Positions 26,669-39,530 of a DNA stretch of 64,000 bases are shown piece after piece. The stretch's first letter is position 1, and each line of letters starts with the position of its first letter. Under the pieces are notes generated by a model. It did no database searches. It was given only the letters and a program-made list of their open reading frames with translations, and was not told where the DNA came from. The translations under genes and the position numbers were made by a program. This DNA comes from Eledone cirrhosa (lineage: Eukaryota). Location of the stretch: NCBI GenBank assembly GCA_964016885.1, contig OZ024741.1, positions 210,924,001 to 210,988,000 on the forward strand, in the 5' to 3' direction.

Positions 26669-28579
26669 CTATCTCAGTCTCAGTCCACCTACCTCAGCCT
26701 CAGTCCACCTATCTCAGCCATAGTCCACCTATCTCAGCCACAGTCCACTGTCTCATCCTCAGTCAACCTATCTCAGCCACAGTCCACAGTCTCAGCCTCA
26801 GTCCACTGTCTCAGTCTCAGTCCACTGTCTCAGCCACAGTCCACTGTCTCAGCCTCAGTACACCTATCTCAGCCACAGTCCACTGTCTCAGCCTCAGTAC
26901 ACCTATCTCAGTCTCAGTCCACTGTCTCAGCCACAGTCCACTGTCTCAGCCACAATCCACCTAACTCAGCCAGAGTCCACTGTCTCAGCCACAGTCCACT
27001 GTCTCAGCCTCAGTCCACTGTCTCAGCCTCAGTCCACCTATCTCAGCCACAGTCCACCTATCTCAGCCACAGTCCACTGTCTCAGCCTCAGTCCACCTAT
27101 CTCAGCCACAGTCCACCTATCTCAGTCTCAGTCCACCTACCTCAGCCTCAGTCCACCTATCTCAGCCTCAGTCCACTGTCTCAGTCTCAGTCCACCTATC
27201 TCAGCCACAGTCCACCTATCTCAGTCTCAGTCCACCTACCTCAGCCTCAGTCCACCTATCTCAGCCTCAGTCCACTGTCTCAGTCTCAGTCCACCTATCT
27301 CAGCCACAGTCCACCTATCTCAGCCACAGTCCACTGTCTCAGCCACAGTCCACTGTCTCAGCCTCAGTTCACCTATCTCAGTCTCAGTCCACTGTCTCAG
27401 CCACAGTCCACTTATCTCAGCCAGAGTCCACTGTCTCAGCCACAGTCCACTGTCTCAGTCTCAGTCCACCTATCTCAGTCTCAGTCCACCTATCTCAGTC
27501 TCAGTCCACTGTCTCAGCCACAGTCCACTGTCTCAGCATCAGTCCACCTATCTCAGCCTCAGTCCACTGTCTCAGCCACAGTCCACTTATCTCAGCCTCA
27601 GTCCACTGTCTCAGTCTCAGTCCACCTACCTCAGCCACAGTCCACTGTCTCAGCCTCAGTCCACTGTCTCAGCCTCAGTCCACTGTCTCAGCCTCAGTCC
27701 ACCGTCTCAGCCACAGTCCACTGTCTCAGCCTCAGTCCACCTATCTCAGCCTCAGTCCACCTATCTCAGCCTCAGTCCACCGTCTCAGCCACAGTCCACT
27801 GTCTCAGCCTCAGTCCACCTATCTCAGTCTCAGTCCACTGTCTCAGCCACAGTCCACTGTCTCAGTCTCAGTCCACTGTCTCAGCCTCAGTCCACTGTCT
27901 CAGCCTCAGTCCACTGTCTCAGTCTCAGTCCACCTTTCTCAGTCTCAGTCCACCTATCTCAGCCACAGTCCACTGCCTCAACCACAGTCCACTGTCTCAG
28001 TCTCAGTCCACCTATCTCAGTCTCAGGCCACTGTCTCAGCCACAGTCCACTGTCTCAGCCTCAGTCCACTGTCTCAGCCTCAGTCCACCTATCTCAACCA
28101 CAGTCCACTGTCTCAGCCACAGTCCACTGTCTCTGCCTCAGTCCACTGTCTCAGCCACAGTCCACTTATCTCAGTCTCAGTCCACTGTCTCAGCCACAGT
28201 CCACTGTCTCAGTCTCAGTCCACTGTCTCAACCACAGTCCACTGACTCAGCCACAGTCCACTGTCTCAGCCTCAGTACACCTATCTCTGCCACAGTCCAC
28301 TGTCTCAGCCTCAGTCCACTGTCTCAGCCTCAGTCCACTGTCTCAGCCTCAGTCCACTCTCTCAGCCACAGTGCACTTATCTCAGTCTCAGTCCACTGTC
28401 TCAGCCACAGTCCACTGTCTCAGCCTCAGTCCACCTATCTCAGCCACAGTCCACTTATCTCAGTCTCAGTCCACTGTCTCATCCTCAGTCAACCTATCTC
28501 AGCCACAGTCCACTGTCTCAGGCTCAGTCCACCTATCTCAGTCTCAGTCCACCTATATCAGCTTCAGTCCACCTATCTC

Positions 28580-29600
28580 AGCCGCAGTCCACCTATCTCA
28601 GCCTCAGTCCACTGTCTCAGTCTCAGTCCACTGTCTCAGCCACAGTCCACTGTCTCAGCCACAGTCCACCTATCTCAGCCTCAGTCCACTGTCTCAGTCT
28701 CAGTCCACTGTCTCAGCCACAGTCCACCTATCTCAGCCACAGTCCACCTATCTCAGCCACAGACCACTTATCTCAGTCTCAGTCCACCTATCTCAGTCTC
28801 AGTCCACTGTCTCAGCCTCAGTCCACCTATCTCAGTCACAGTCCACCTATCTCAGTCTCAGTCCACTGTCTCAGCCACAGACCACTTATCTCAGTCTCAG
28901 TCCACCTATCTCAGTCTCAGTCCACCTATCTCAGCCTCAGTCCACCTATCTCAGCCACAGTCCACCTATCTCAGCCACAGTCCACTGTCTCATCCTCAGT
29001 CAACCTATCTCAGCCACAGTCCACAGTCTCAGCCTCAGTCCACCTATCTCAGCCAGAGTCTCACTGTCTCAGCCTCAGTCCACTCTCTCAGCCACAGTCC
29101 ACCTATCTCAGCCTCAGTCCACTGTCTCAGTCTCAGTCCACTGTCTCAGCCACAGTCCACTGTCTCAGCCACAGTCCACCTATCTCAGCCTCAGTCCACT
29201 GTCTCAGTCTCAGTCCACTGTCTCAGCCACAGTCCACCTATCTCAGCCACAGTCCACCTATCTCAGCCACAGACCACTTATCTCAGTCTCAGTCCACCTA
29301 TCTCAGTCTCAGTCCACTGTCTCAGCCTCAGTCCACCTATCTCAGTCACAGTCCACCTATCTCAGTCTCAGTCCACTGTCTCAGCCACAGACCACTTATC
29401 TCAGTCTCAGTCCACCTATCTCAGTCTCAGTCCACCTATCTCAGCCTCAGTCCACCTATCTCAGCCACAGTCCACCTATCTCAGCCACAGTCCACTGTCT
29501 CATCCTCAGTCAACGTATCTCAGCCACAGTCCACAGTCTCAGCCTCAGTCCACCTATCTCAGCCACAGTCTCACTGTCTCAGCCTCAGTACACTCTCTCA
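28580..29600. repeat. 510-bp (26-monomer) local duplication, repeated at about 42.3-43.4 kb and 60.2-61.2 kb
   Basis: CTCAGTCACA 28831/29341. GTCTCACTG 29058/29568. Confidence 0.8.
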
Positions 29601-32600
29601 GCCACAGTCCACTTATCTCAGTCTCAGTCCACTGTCTCAGCCACAGTCCACTGTCTCAGCCTCAGTCCACCTATCTCAGCCACAGTCCACTTATCTCAGT
29701 CTCAGTCCACTGTCTCATCCTCAGTCAACCTATCTCAGCCACAGTCCACTGTCTCAGCCTCAGTCCACTGTCTCAGCCACAGTCCACAGTCTCAGCCTCA
29801 GTCCGCCTATCTCAGTCTCAGTCCACCTATCTCAGTCTCAGTCCACCTATCTCAGCTTCTGTCCACCTATCTCAGCCACAGTCCACCTATCTCAGCCTCA
29901 GTCCACTGTCTCAGTCTCAGTCCACTGTCTCAGCCACAGTCCACCTATCTCAGCCTCAGTCCACTGTCTCAGTCTCAGTCCACTGTCTCAGCCACAGTCC
30001 ACCTATCTCAGCCACAGTCCACCTATCTCAGCCACAGACCACTTATCTCAGTCTCAGTCCACCTATCTCAGTCTCAGTCCACTGTCTCAGCCTCAGTCCA
30101 CCTATCTCAGTCACAGTCCACCTATCTCAGTCTCAGTCCACTGTCTCAGCCACAGACCACTTATCTCAGTCTCAGTCCACCTATCTCAGCCTCAGTCCAC
30201 CTATCTCAGCCACAGTCCACCTATCTCAGCCACAGTGCACTGTCTCATCCTCAGTCAACCTATCTCAGCCACAGACCACAGTCTCAGCCTCAGTCCACCT
30301 ATCTCAGTCTCAGTCCACCTACCTCAGCCTCAGTCCACCTATCTCAGCCATAGTCCACCTATCTCAGCCACAGTCCACTGTCTCATCCTCAGTCAACCTA
30401 TCTCAGCCTCAGTCCACTGTCTCAGTCTCAGTCCACTGTCTCAGCCACAGTCCACTGTCTCAGCCTCAGTACACCTATCTCAGCCACAGTCCACTGTCTC
30501 AGCCTCAGTACACCTATCTCAGTCTCAGTCCACTGTCTCAGCCACAGTCCAGTGTCTCAGCCACAATCCACCTAACTCAGCCAGAGTCCACTGTCTCAGC
30601 CACAGTCCACTGTCTCAGCCTCAGTCCACTGTGTCAGCCTCAGTCCACCTATCTCAGCCACAGTCCACCTATCTCAGCCACAGTCCACTGTCTCAGCCTC
30701 AGTCCACCTATCTCAGCCACAGTCCACCTATCTCAGTCTCAGTCCACCTACCTCAGCCTCAGTCCACCTATCTCAGCCACAGTCCACGTATCTCAGCCAC
30801 AGTCCACTATCTCAGCCTCAGTCCACTGTCTCAGTCTCAGTCCACAGTCTCAGCCACAGTCCACTGTCTCAGCCACAGTCCACCTATCTCAGCCACAGTC
30901 CACTGTCTCAGCCTCAGTCCACCTATCTCAGCCACAGTCCACCTATCTCAGCCACAGTCCACTGTCTCAGCCTCAGTCCACCTATCTCAGCCACAGTCCA
31001 CCTATCTCAGCCACAGTCCACTGTCTCAGCCACAGTCCATTGTCTCAGCCTCAGTCCACTGTCTCAGCCTCAGTACACCTATCTCAGCCACAGTCCACTG
31101 TCTCAGCCTCAGTCCACCTATCTCAGCCACAGTCCACCTATCTCAGCGACAGTCCACTGTCTCAGCCACAGTCCACTGTCTCAGCCTCAGTCCACTGTCT
31201 CAGCCTCAGTCCACCTATCTCAGCCACAGTCCACTGTCTCAGCCACAGTCCACTGTCTCAGCCTCAGTTCACTGTCTCAGCCACAGTCCACTGTCTCAGC
31301 TACAGTCCACTGTCTGAGCCACAGTCCATTGTCTCAGCCTCAGTCCACTGTCTCAGCCTCAGTACACCTATCTCAGCCACAGTCCACTGTCTCAGCCTCA
31401 GTCCACCTATCTCAGCCACAGTCCACCTATCTCAGCCACAGTCCACTGTCTCAGCCACAGTCCATTGTCTCAGCCTCAGTCCACTGTCTCATCCTCAGTA
31501 CACCTATCACAGCCACAGTCCACTGTCTCAGCCTCAGTCCACCTATCTCAGCCACAGTCCACCTATCTCAGCCACAGTCCACTGTCTCAGCCACAGTCCA
31601 TTGTCTCAGCCTCAGTCCACCGTCTCAGCCTCAGTACACCTATCTCAGCCACAGTCCACTGTCTCAGCCACAATCCACCTATCTCAGCCAGAGTCCACCG
31701 TCTCAGCCACAGTCCACTGTCTCAGCCACAGTCCACTGTCTCAGTCTCATTCCACTGTCTCAGCCTCAGTCCACCTATCTCAGTCTCAGTCCACTGTCTC
31801 TGCCTCAGTCCACCTATCTCAGTCACAGTCCACTGTCTCAGCCACAGTCCACTGTCTCAGCCACAGTCCACCTATCTCAGCCACAGTCCACCTATCTCAG
31901 CCACAGTCCACTTATCTCAGTCTCAGTCCACTGTCTCAGCCACAGTCCACTGTCTCAGCCTCAGTCCACTGTCTTAGCCTCAGTCCACCTATCTCAGTCT
32001 CAGTTCACTGTCTCAGCCACAGTCCACTGTCTCTATCTCGGTCCACCTATCTCAGCCACAGTCCACTGTCTCAGCCACAGTCCACTGTCTCAGCCACAGT
32101 CCACTGTCTCAGCTACAGTCCACTGTCTCAGCCACAGTCCACTGTCTCAGCCTCAGTCCACTGTCTCAGCCACAGTCCACTTATCTCAGCCTCAGTCCAC
32201 TGTCTCAGTCTCAGTCCACCTATCTCAGCCACAGTCCACTTATCTCAGCCACAGTCCACTGTCTCAGCCTCAGTCCACTGTCTCAGCCACAGTCCACTGT
32301 CTCAGCCACAGACCACTTATCTCAGTCGCAGTCCACCTATCTCAGCCACAGTCCACTTATCTCAGTCTCAGTCCACTGTCTCAGCCACAGTCCACTGTCT
32401 CATCCTCAGTCCACCTATCTCAGCCACAGTCCACAGTCTCAGCCTCAGTCCACCTACCTCAGCCTCAGTCCACCTATCTCAGCCACAGTCCACGTATCTC
32501 AGCCACAGTCCACTGTCTCAGCCTCAGTCCACTGTCTCAGGCACAGTCCACTGTCTCAGCCTCAATACACCTATCTCAGCCACAGTCCACTGTCTCAGCC

Positions 32601-32769
32601 ACAGTCCACTGTCTCAGCCTCAGTCCACTGTCTCAGCCACAGTCCACCTATCTCAGCCACAGTCCACTGTCTCAGCCACAGTCCACCTATCTCAGCCTCA
32701 GTCCACTGTCTCAGTCTCAGTCCACTGTCTCAGCCACAGTCCACTGTCTCAGCCTCAGTCCACCTATCT

Positions 32770-35700
32770 CAGCCACAGTCCACTTATCTCAGTCTCAGTC
32801 CACTGTCTCATCCTCAGTCAACCTATCTCAGCCACAGTCCACTGTCTCAGCCTCAGTCCACTGTCTAAGCCACAGTCCACAGTCTCAGCCTCAGTCCACC
32901 TATCTCAGTCTCAGTCCACCTATCTCAGTCTCAGTCCACCTATCTCAGCTTCAGTCCACCTATCTCAGCCACAGTCCACCAATCTCAGCCTCAGTCCACT
33001 GTCTCAGTCTCAGTCCACTGTCTCAGCCACAGTCCACTGTCTCAGCCACAGACCACTTATCTCAGTCTCAGTCCACCTATCTCAGTCTCAGTCCACCTAT
33101 CTCAGCCTCAGTCCACCTATCTCAGCCACAGTCCACCTATCTCAGCCACAGTCCACTGTCTCATCCTCAGTCAACCTATCTCAGCCACAGTCCACAGTCT
33201 CAGCCTCAGTCCACCTATCTCAGCCACAGTCTCACTGTCTCAGCCTCAGTCCACTCTCTCAGCCACAGTCCACTTATGTCAGTCTCAGTCCACTGTCTCA
33301 GCCACAGTCCACTGTCTCAGCCTCAGTCCACTGTCTCAGCCACAGTCCACAGTCTCAGCCTCAGTCCACCTATCTCAGTCTCAGTCCACCTATCTCAGTC
33401 TCAGTCCACCTATCTCAGCTTCAGTCCACCTCTCTCAGCCACAGTCCACCTATCTCAGCCTCAGTCCACTGTCTCAGTCTCAGTCCACTCTCTCAGCCAC
33501 AGTCCACTGTCTCAGCCACAGTCCACCTATCTCAGCCTCAGTCCACTGTCTCAGTCTCAGTCCACTGTCTCAGCCACAGTCCACCTATCTCAGCCACAGT
33601 CCACCTATCTCAGCCACAGACCACTTATCTCAGTCTCAGTCCACCTATCTCAGTCTCAGTCCACTGTCTCAGCCTCAGTCCACCTATCTCAGTCACAGTC
33701 CACCTATCTCAGTCTCAGTCCACTGTCTCAGCCACAGACTACCTATCTCAGTCTCAGTCCACCTATCTCAGCCTCAGTCCACCTATCTCAGCCACAGTCC
33801 ACCTATCTCAGCCACAGTCCACTGTCTCATCCTCAGTCAACCTATCTCAGCCACAGTCCACAGTCTCAGCCTCAGTCCACCTATCTCAGTCTCAGTCCAC
33901 CTACCTCAGCCTCAGTCCACCTATCTCAGCCATAGTCCACCTATCTCAGCCACAGTCCACTGTCTCATCCTCAGTCAACCTATCTCAGCCACAGTCCACA
34001 GTCTCAGCCTCAGTCCACTGTCTCAGTCTCAGTCCACTGTCTCAGCCACAGTCCACTGTCTCAGCCTCAGTACACCTATCTCAGCCACAGTCCACTGTCT
34101 CAGCCTCAGTACACCTATCTCAGTCTCAGTCCACTGTCTCAGCCACAGTCCGCTGTCTCAGCCACAATCCACCTAACTCAGCCAGAGTCCACTGTCTCAG
34201 CCACAGTCCACTGTCTCAGCCTCAGTCCACTGTCTCAGCCTCAGTCCACCTATCTCAGCCACAGTCCACCTATCTCAGCCACAGTCCACTGTCTCAGCCT
34301 CAGTCCACCTATCTCAGCCACAGTCCACCTATCTCAGTCTCAGTCCACCTACCTCAGCCTCAGTCCACCTATCTCAGCCTCAGTCCACCTATCTCAGCCA
34401 CAGTCCACCTATCTCAGCCACAGTGCACTGTCTCATCCTCAGTCAACCTATCTCAGCCACAGTCCACAGTCTCAGCCTCAGTCCACCTATCTCAGTCTCA
34501 GTCCACCTACCTCAGCCTCAGTCCACCTATCTCAGCCATAGTCCACCTATCTCAGCCACAGTCCACTGTCTCATCCTCAGTCAACCTATCTCAGCCTCAG
34601 TCCACTGTCTCAGTCTCAGTCCACTGTCTCAGCCACAGTCCACTGTCTCAGCCTCAGTACACCTATCTCAGCCACAGTCCACTGTCTCAGCCTCAGTACA
34701 CCTATCTCAGTCTCAGTCCACTGTCTCAGCCACAGTCCACTGTCTCAGCCACAATCCACCTAACTCAGCCAGAGTCCACTGTCTCAGCCACAGTCCACTG
34801 TCTCAGCCTCAGTCCACTGTGTCAGCCTCAGTCCACCTATCTCAGCCACAGTCCACCTATCTCAGCCACAGTCCACTGTCTCAGCCTCAGTCCACCTATC
34901 TCAGCCACAGTCCACCTATCTCAGTCTCAGTCCACCTACCTCAGCCTCAGTCCACCTATCTCAGCCACAGTCCACGTATCTCAGCCACAGTCCACTATCT
35001 CAGCCACAGTCCACTGTCTCAGCCACAGTCCACCTATCTCAGCCACAGTCCACTGTCTCAGCCTCAGTCCACCTATCTCAGCCACAGTCCACCTATCTCA
35101 GCCACAGTCCACTGTCTCAGCCTCAGTCCACCTATCTCAGCCACAGTCCACCTATCTCAGCCACAGTCCACTGTCTCAGCCACAGTCCATTGTCTCAGCC
35201 TCAGTCCACTGTCTCAGCCTCAGTACACCTATCTCAGCCACAGTCCACTGTCTCAGCCTCAGTCCACCTATCTCAGCCACAGTCCACCTATCTCAGCCAC
35301 AGTCCACTGTCTCAGCCACAGTCCACTGTCTCAGCCTCAGTCCACTGTCTCAGCCTCAGTCCACCTATCTCAGCCACAGTCCACTGTCTCAGCCACAGTC
35401 CACTGTCTCAGCCTCAGTTCACTGTCTCAGCCACAGTCCACTGTCTCAGCTACAGTCCACTGTCTGAGCCACAGTCCATTGTCTCAGCCTCAGTCCACTG
35501 TCTCAGCCTCAGTACACCTATCTCAGCCACAGTCCACTGTCTCAGCCTCAGTCCACCTATCTCAGCCACAGTCCACCTATCTCAGCCACAGACCACTTAT
35601 CTCAGTCTCAGTCCACCTATCTCAGTCTCAGTCCACTGTCTCAGCCTCAGTCCACCTATCTCAGTCACAGTCCACCTATCTCAGTCTCAGTCCACTGTCT

Positions 35701-38700
35701 CAGCCACAGACCACTTATCTCAGTCTCAGTCCACCTATCTCAGTCTCAGTCCACCTATCTCAGCCTCAGTCCACCTATCTCAGCCACAGTCCACCTATCT
35801 CAGCCACAGTCCACTGTCTCATCCTCAGTCAACCTATCTCAGCCACAGTCCACAGTCTCAGCCTCAGTCCACCTATCTCAGCCACAGTCTCACTGTCTCA
35901 GCCTCAGTCCACTCTCTCAGCCACAGTCCACTTATGTCAGTCTCAGTCCACTGTCTCAGCCACAGTCCACTGTCTCAGCCTCAGTCCACTGTCTCAGCCA
36001 CAGTCCACAGTCTCAGCCTCAGTCCACCTATCTCAGTCTCAGTCCACCTATTTCAGTCTCAGTCCACCTATCTCAGCTTCAGTCCACCTCTCTCAGCCAC
36101 AGTCCACCTATCTCAGCCTCAGTCCACTGTCTCAGTCTCAGTCCACTCTCTCAGCCACAGTCCACTGTCTCAGCCACAGTCCACCTATCTCAGCCACAGT
36201 CCACTTATCTCAGTCTCAGTCCACTGTCTCATCCTCAGTCAACCTATCTCAGCCACAGTCCACTGTCTCAGCCTCAGTCCACTGTCTAAGCCACAGTCCA
36301 CAGTCTCAGCCTCAGTCCACCTATCTCAGTCTCAGTCCACCTATCTCAGTCTCAGTCCACCTATCTCAGCTTCAGTCCACCTATCTCAGCCACAGTCCAC
36401 CAATCTCAGCCTCAGTCCACTGTCTCAGTCTCAGTCCACTGTCTCAGCCACAGTCCACTGTCTCAGCCACAGACCACTTATCTCAGTCTCAGTCCACCTA
36501 TCTCAGTCTCAGTCCACCTATCTCAGCCTCAGTCCACCTATCTCAGCCACAGTCCACCTATCTCAGCCACAGTCCACTGTCTCTTCCTCAGTCAACCTAT
36601 CTCAGCCACAGTCCACAGTCTCAGCCTCAGTCCACCTATCTCAGCCACAGTCTCACTGTCTCAGCCTCAGTCCACTCTCTCAGCCACAGTCCACTTATGT
36701 CAGTCTCAGTCCACTGTCTCAGCCACAGTCCACTGTCTCAGCCTCAGTCCACTGTCTCAGCCACAGTCCACAGTCTCAGCCTCAGTCCACCTATCTCAGT
36801 CTCAGTCCACCTATCTCAGTCTCAGTCCACCTATCTCAGCTTCAGTCCACCTCTCTCAGCCACAGTCCACCTATCTCAGCCTCAGTCCACTGTCTCAGTC
36901 TAAGTCCACTCTCTCAGCCACAGTCCACTGTCTCAGCCACAGTCCACCTATCTCAGCCTCAGTCCACTGTCTCAGTCTCAGTCCACTGTCTCAGCCACAG
37001 TCCACCTATCTCAGCCACAGTCCACCTATCTCAGCCACAGACCACTTATCTCAGTCTCAGTCCACCTATCTCAGTCTCAGTCCACTGTCTCAGCCTCAGT
37101 CCACCTATCTCAGTCACAGTCCACCTATCTCAGTCTCAGTCCACTGTCTCAGCCACAGACTACCTATCTCAGTCTCAGTCCACCTATCTCAGCCTCAGTC
37201 CACCTATCTCAGCCACAGTCCACCTATCTCAGCCACAGTCCACTGTCTCATCCTCAGTCAACCTATCTCAGCCACAGTCCACAGTCTCAGCCTCAGTCCA
37301 CCTATCTCAGTCTCAGTCCACCTACCTCAGCCTCAGTCCACCTATCTCAGCCATAGTCCACCTATCTCAGCCACAGTCCACTGTCTCATCCTCAGTCAAC
37401 CTATCTCAGCCACAGTCCACAGTCTCAGCCTCAGTCCACTGTCTCAGTCTCAGTCCACTGTCTCAGCCACAGTCCACTGTCTCAGCCTCAGTACACCTAT
37501 CTCAGCCACAGTCCACTGTCTCAGCCTCAGTACACCTATCTCAGTCTCAGTCCACTGTCTCAGCCACAGTCCGCTGTCTCAGCCACAATCCACCTAACTC
37601 AGCCAGAGTCCACTGTCTCAGCCACAGTCCACTGTCTCAGCCTCAGTCCACTGTCTCAGCCTCAGTCCACCTATCTCAGCCACAGTCCACCTATCTCAGC
37701 CACAGTCCACTGTCTCAGCCTCAGTCCACCTATCTCAGCCACAGTCCACCTATCTCAGTCTCAGTCCACCTACCTCAGCCTCAGTCCACCTATCTCAGCC
37801 TCAGTCCACCTATCTCAGCCACAGTCCACCTATCTCAGCCACAGTGCACTGTCTCATCCTCAGTCAACCTATCTCAGCCACAGTCCACAGTCTCAGCCTC
37901 AGTCCACCTATCTCAGTCTCAGTCCACCTACCTCAGCCTCAGTCCACCTATCTCAGCCATAGTCCACCTATCTCAGCCACAGTCCACTGTCTCATCCTCA
38001 GTCAACCTATCTCAGCCTCAGTCCACTGTCTCAGTCTCAGTCCACTGTCTCAGCCACAGTCCACTGTCTCAGCCTCAGTACACCTATCTCAGCCACAGTC
38101 CACTGTCTCAGCCTCAGTACACCTATCTCAGTCTCAGTCCACTGTCTCAGCCACAGTCCACTGTCTCAGCCACAATCCACCTAACTCAGCCAGAGTCCAC
38201 TGTCTCAGCCACGGTCCACTGTCTCAGCCTCAGTCCACTGTGTCAGCCTCAGTCCACCTATCTCAGCCACAGTCCACCTATCTCAGCCACAGTCCACTGT
38301 CTCAGCCTCAGTCCACCTATCTCAGCCACAGTCCACCTATCTCAGTCTCAGTCCACCTACCTCAGCCTCAGTCCACCTATCTCAGCCACAGTCCACGTAT
38401 CTCAGCCACAGTCCACTATCTCAGCCACAGTCCACTGTCTCAGCCACAGTCCACCTATCTCAGCCACAGTCCACTGTCTCAGCCTCAGTCCACCTATCTC
38501 AGCCACAGTCCACCTATCTCAGCCACAGTCCACTGTCTCAGCCTCAGTCCACCTATCTCAGCCACAGTCCACCTATCTCAGCCACAGTCCACTGTCTCAG
38601 CCACAGTCCATTGTCTCAGCCTCAGTCCACTGTCTCAGCCTCAGTACACCTATCTCAGCCACAGTCCACTGTCTCAGCCTCAGTCCACCTATCTCAGCCA

Positions 38701-39530
38701 CAGTCCACCTATCTCAGCCACAGTCCACTGTCTCAGCCACAGTCCACTGTCTCAGCCTCAGTCCACTGTCTCAGCCTCAGTCCACCTATCTCAGCCACAG
38801 TCCACTGTCTGAGCCACAGTCCATTGTCTCAGCCTCAGTCCACTGTCTCAGCCTCAGTACACCTATCTCAGCCACAGTCCACTGTCTCAGCCTCAGTCCA
38901 CCTATCTCAGCCACAGTCCACCTATCTCAGCCACAGACCACTTATCTCAGTCTCAGTCCACCTATCTCAGTCTCAGTCCACTGTCTCAGCCTCAGTCCAC
39001 CTATCTCAGTCACAGTCCACCTATCTCAGTCTCAGTCCACTGTCTCAGCCACAGACCACTTATCTCAGTCTCAGTCCACCTATCTCAGTCTCAGTCCACC
39101 TATCTCAGCCTCAGTCCACCTATCTCAGCCACAGTCCACCTATCTCAGCCACAGTCCACTGTCTCATCCTCAGTCAACCTATCTCAGCCACAGTCCACAG
39201 TCTCAGCCTCAGTCCACCTATCTCAGCCACAGTCTCACTGTCTCAGCCTCAGTCCACTCTCTCAGCCACAGTCCACTTATGTCAGTCTCAGTCCACTGTC
39301 TCAGCCACAGTCCACTGTCTCAGCCTCAGTCCACTGTCTCAGCCACAGTCCACAGTCTCAGCCTCAGTCCACCTATCTCAGTCTCAGTCCACCTATTTCA
39401 GTCTCAGTCCACCTATCTCAGCTTCAGTCCACCTCTCTCAGCCACAGTCCACCTATCTCAGCCTCAGTCCACTGTCTCAGTCTCAGTCCACTCTCTCAGC
39501 CACAGTCCACTGTCTCAGCCACAGTCCACC
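32770..39530. repeat. 3421-bp tandem duplication (offset 3345 after a 76-bp loss at about 38800); the doublet recurs at about 50.6-57.4 kb
   Basis: GTCTAAG 32867/36288, TAA 34174/37595 and 34761/38182, GTGCAC 34423/37844. TATTTC 36051/39396 is 3345 apart. Confidence 0.88.
33790..34970. repeat. 587-bp (30-monomer) local duplication nested in the 3421-bp unit
   Basis: CCTAAC TAA at 34174/34761, 37595/38182, 51974/52561 and 55395/55982. Confidence 0.8.
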
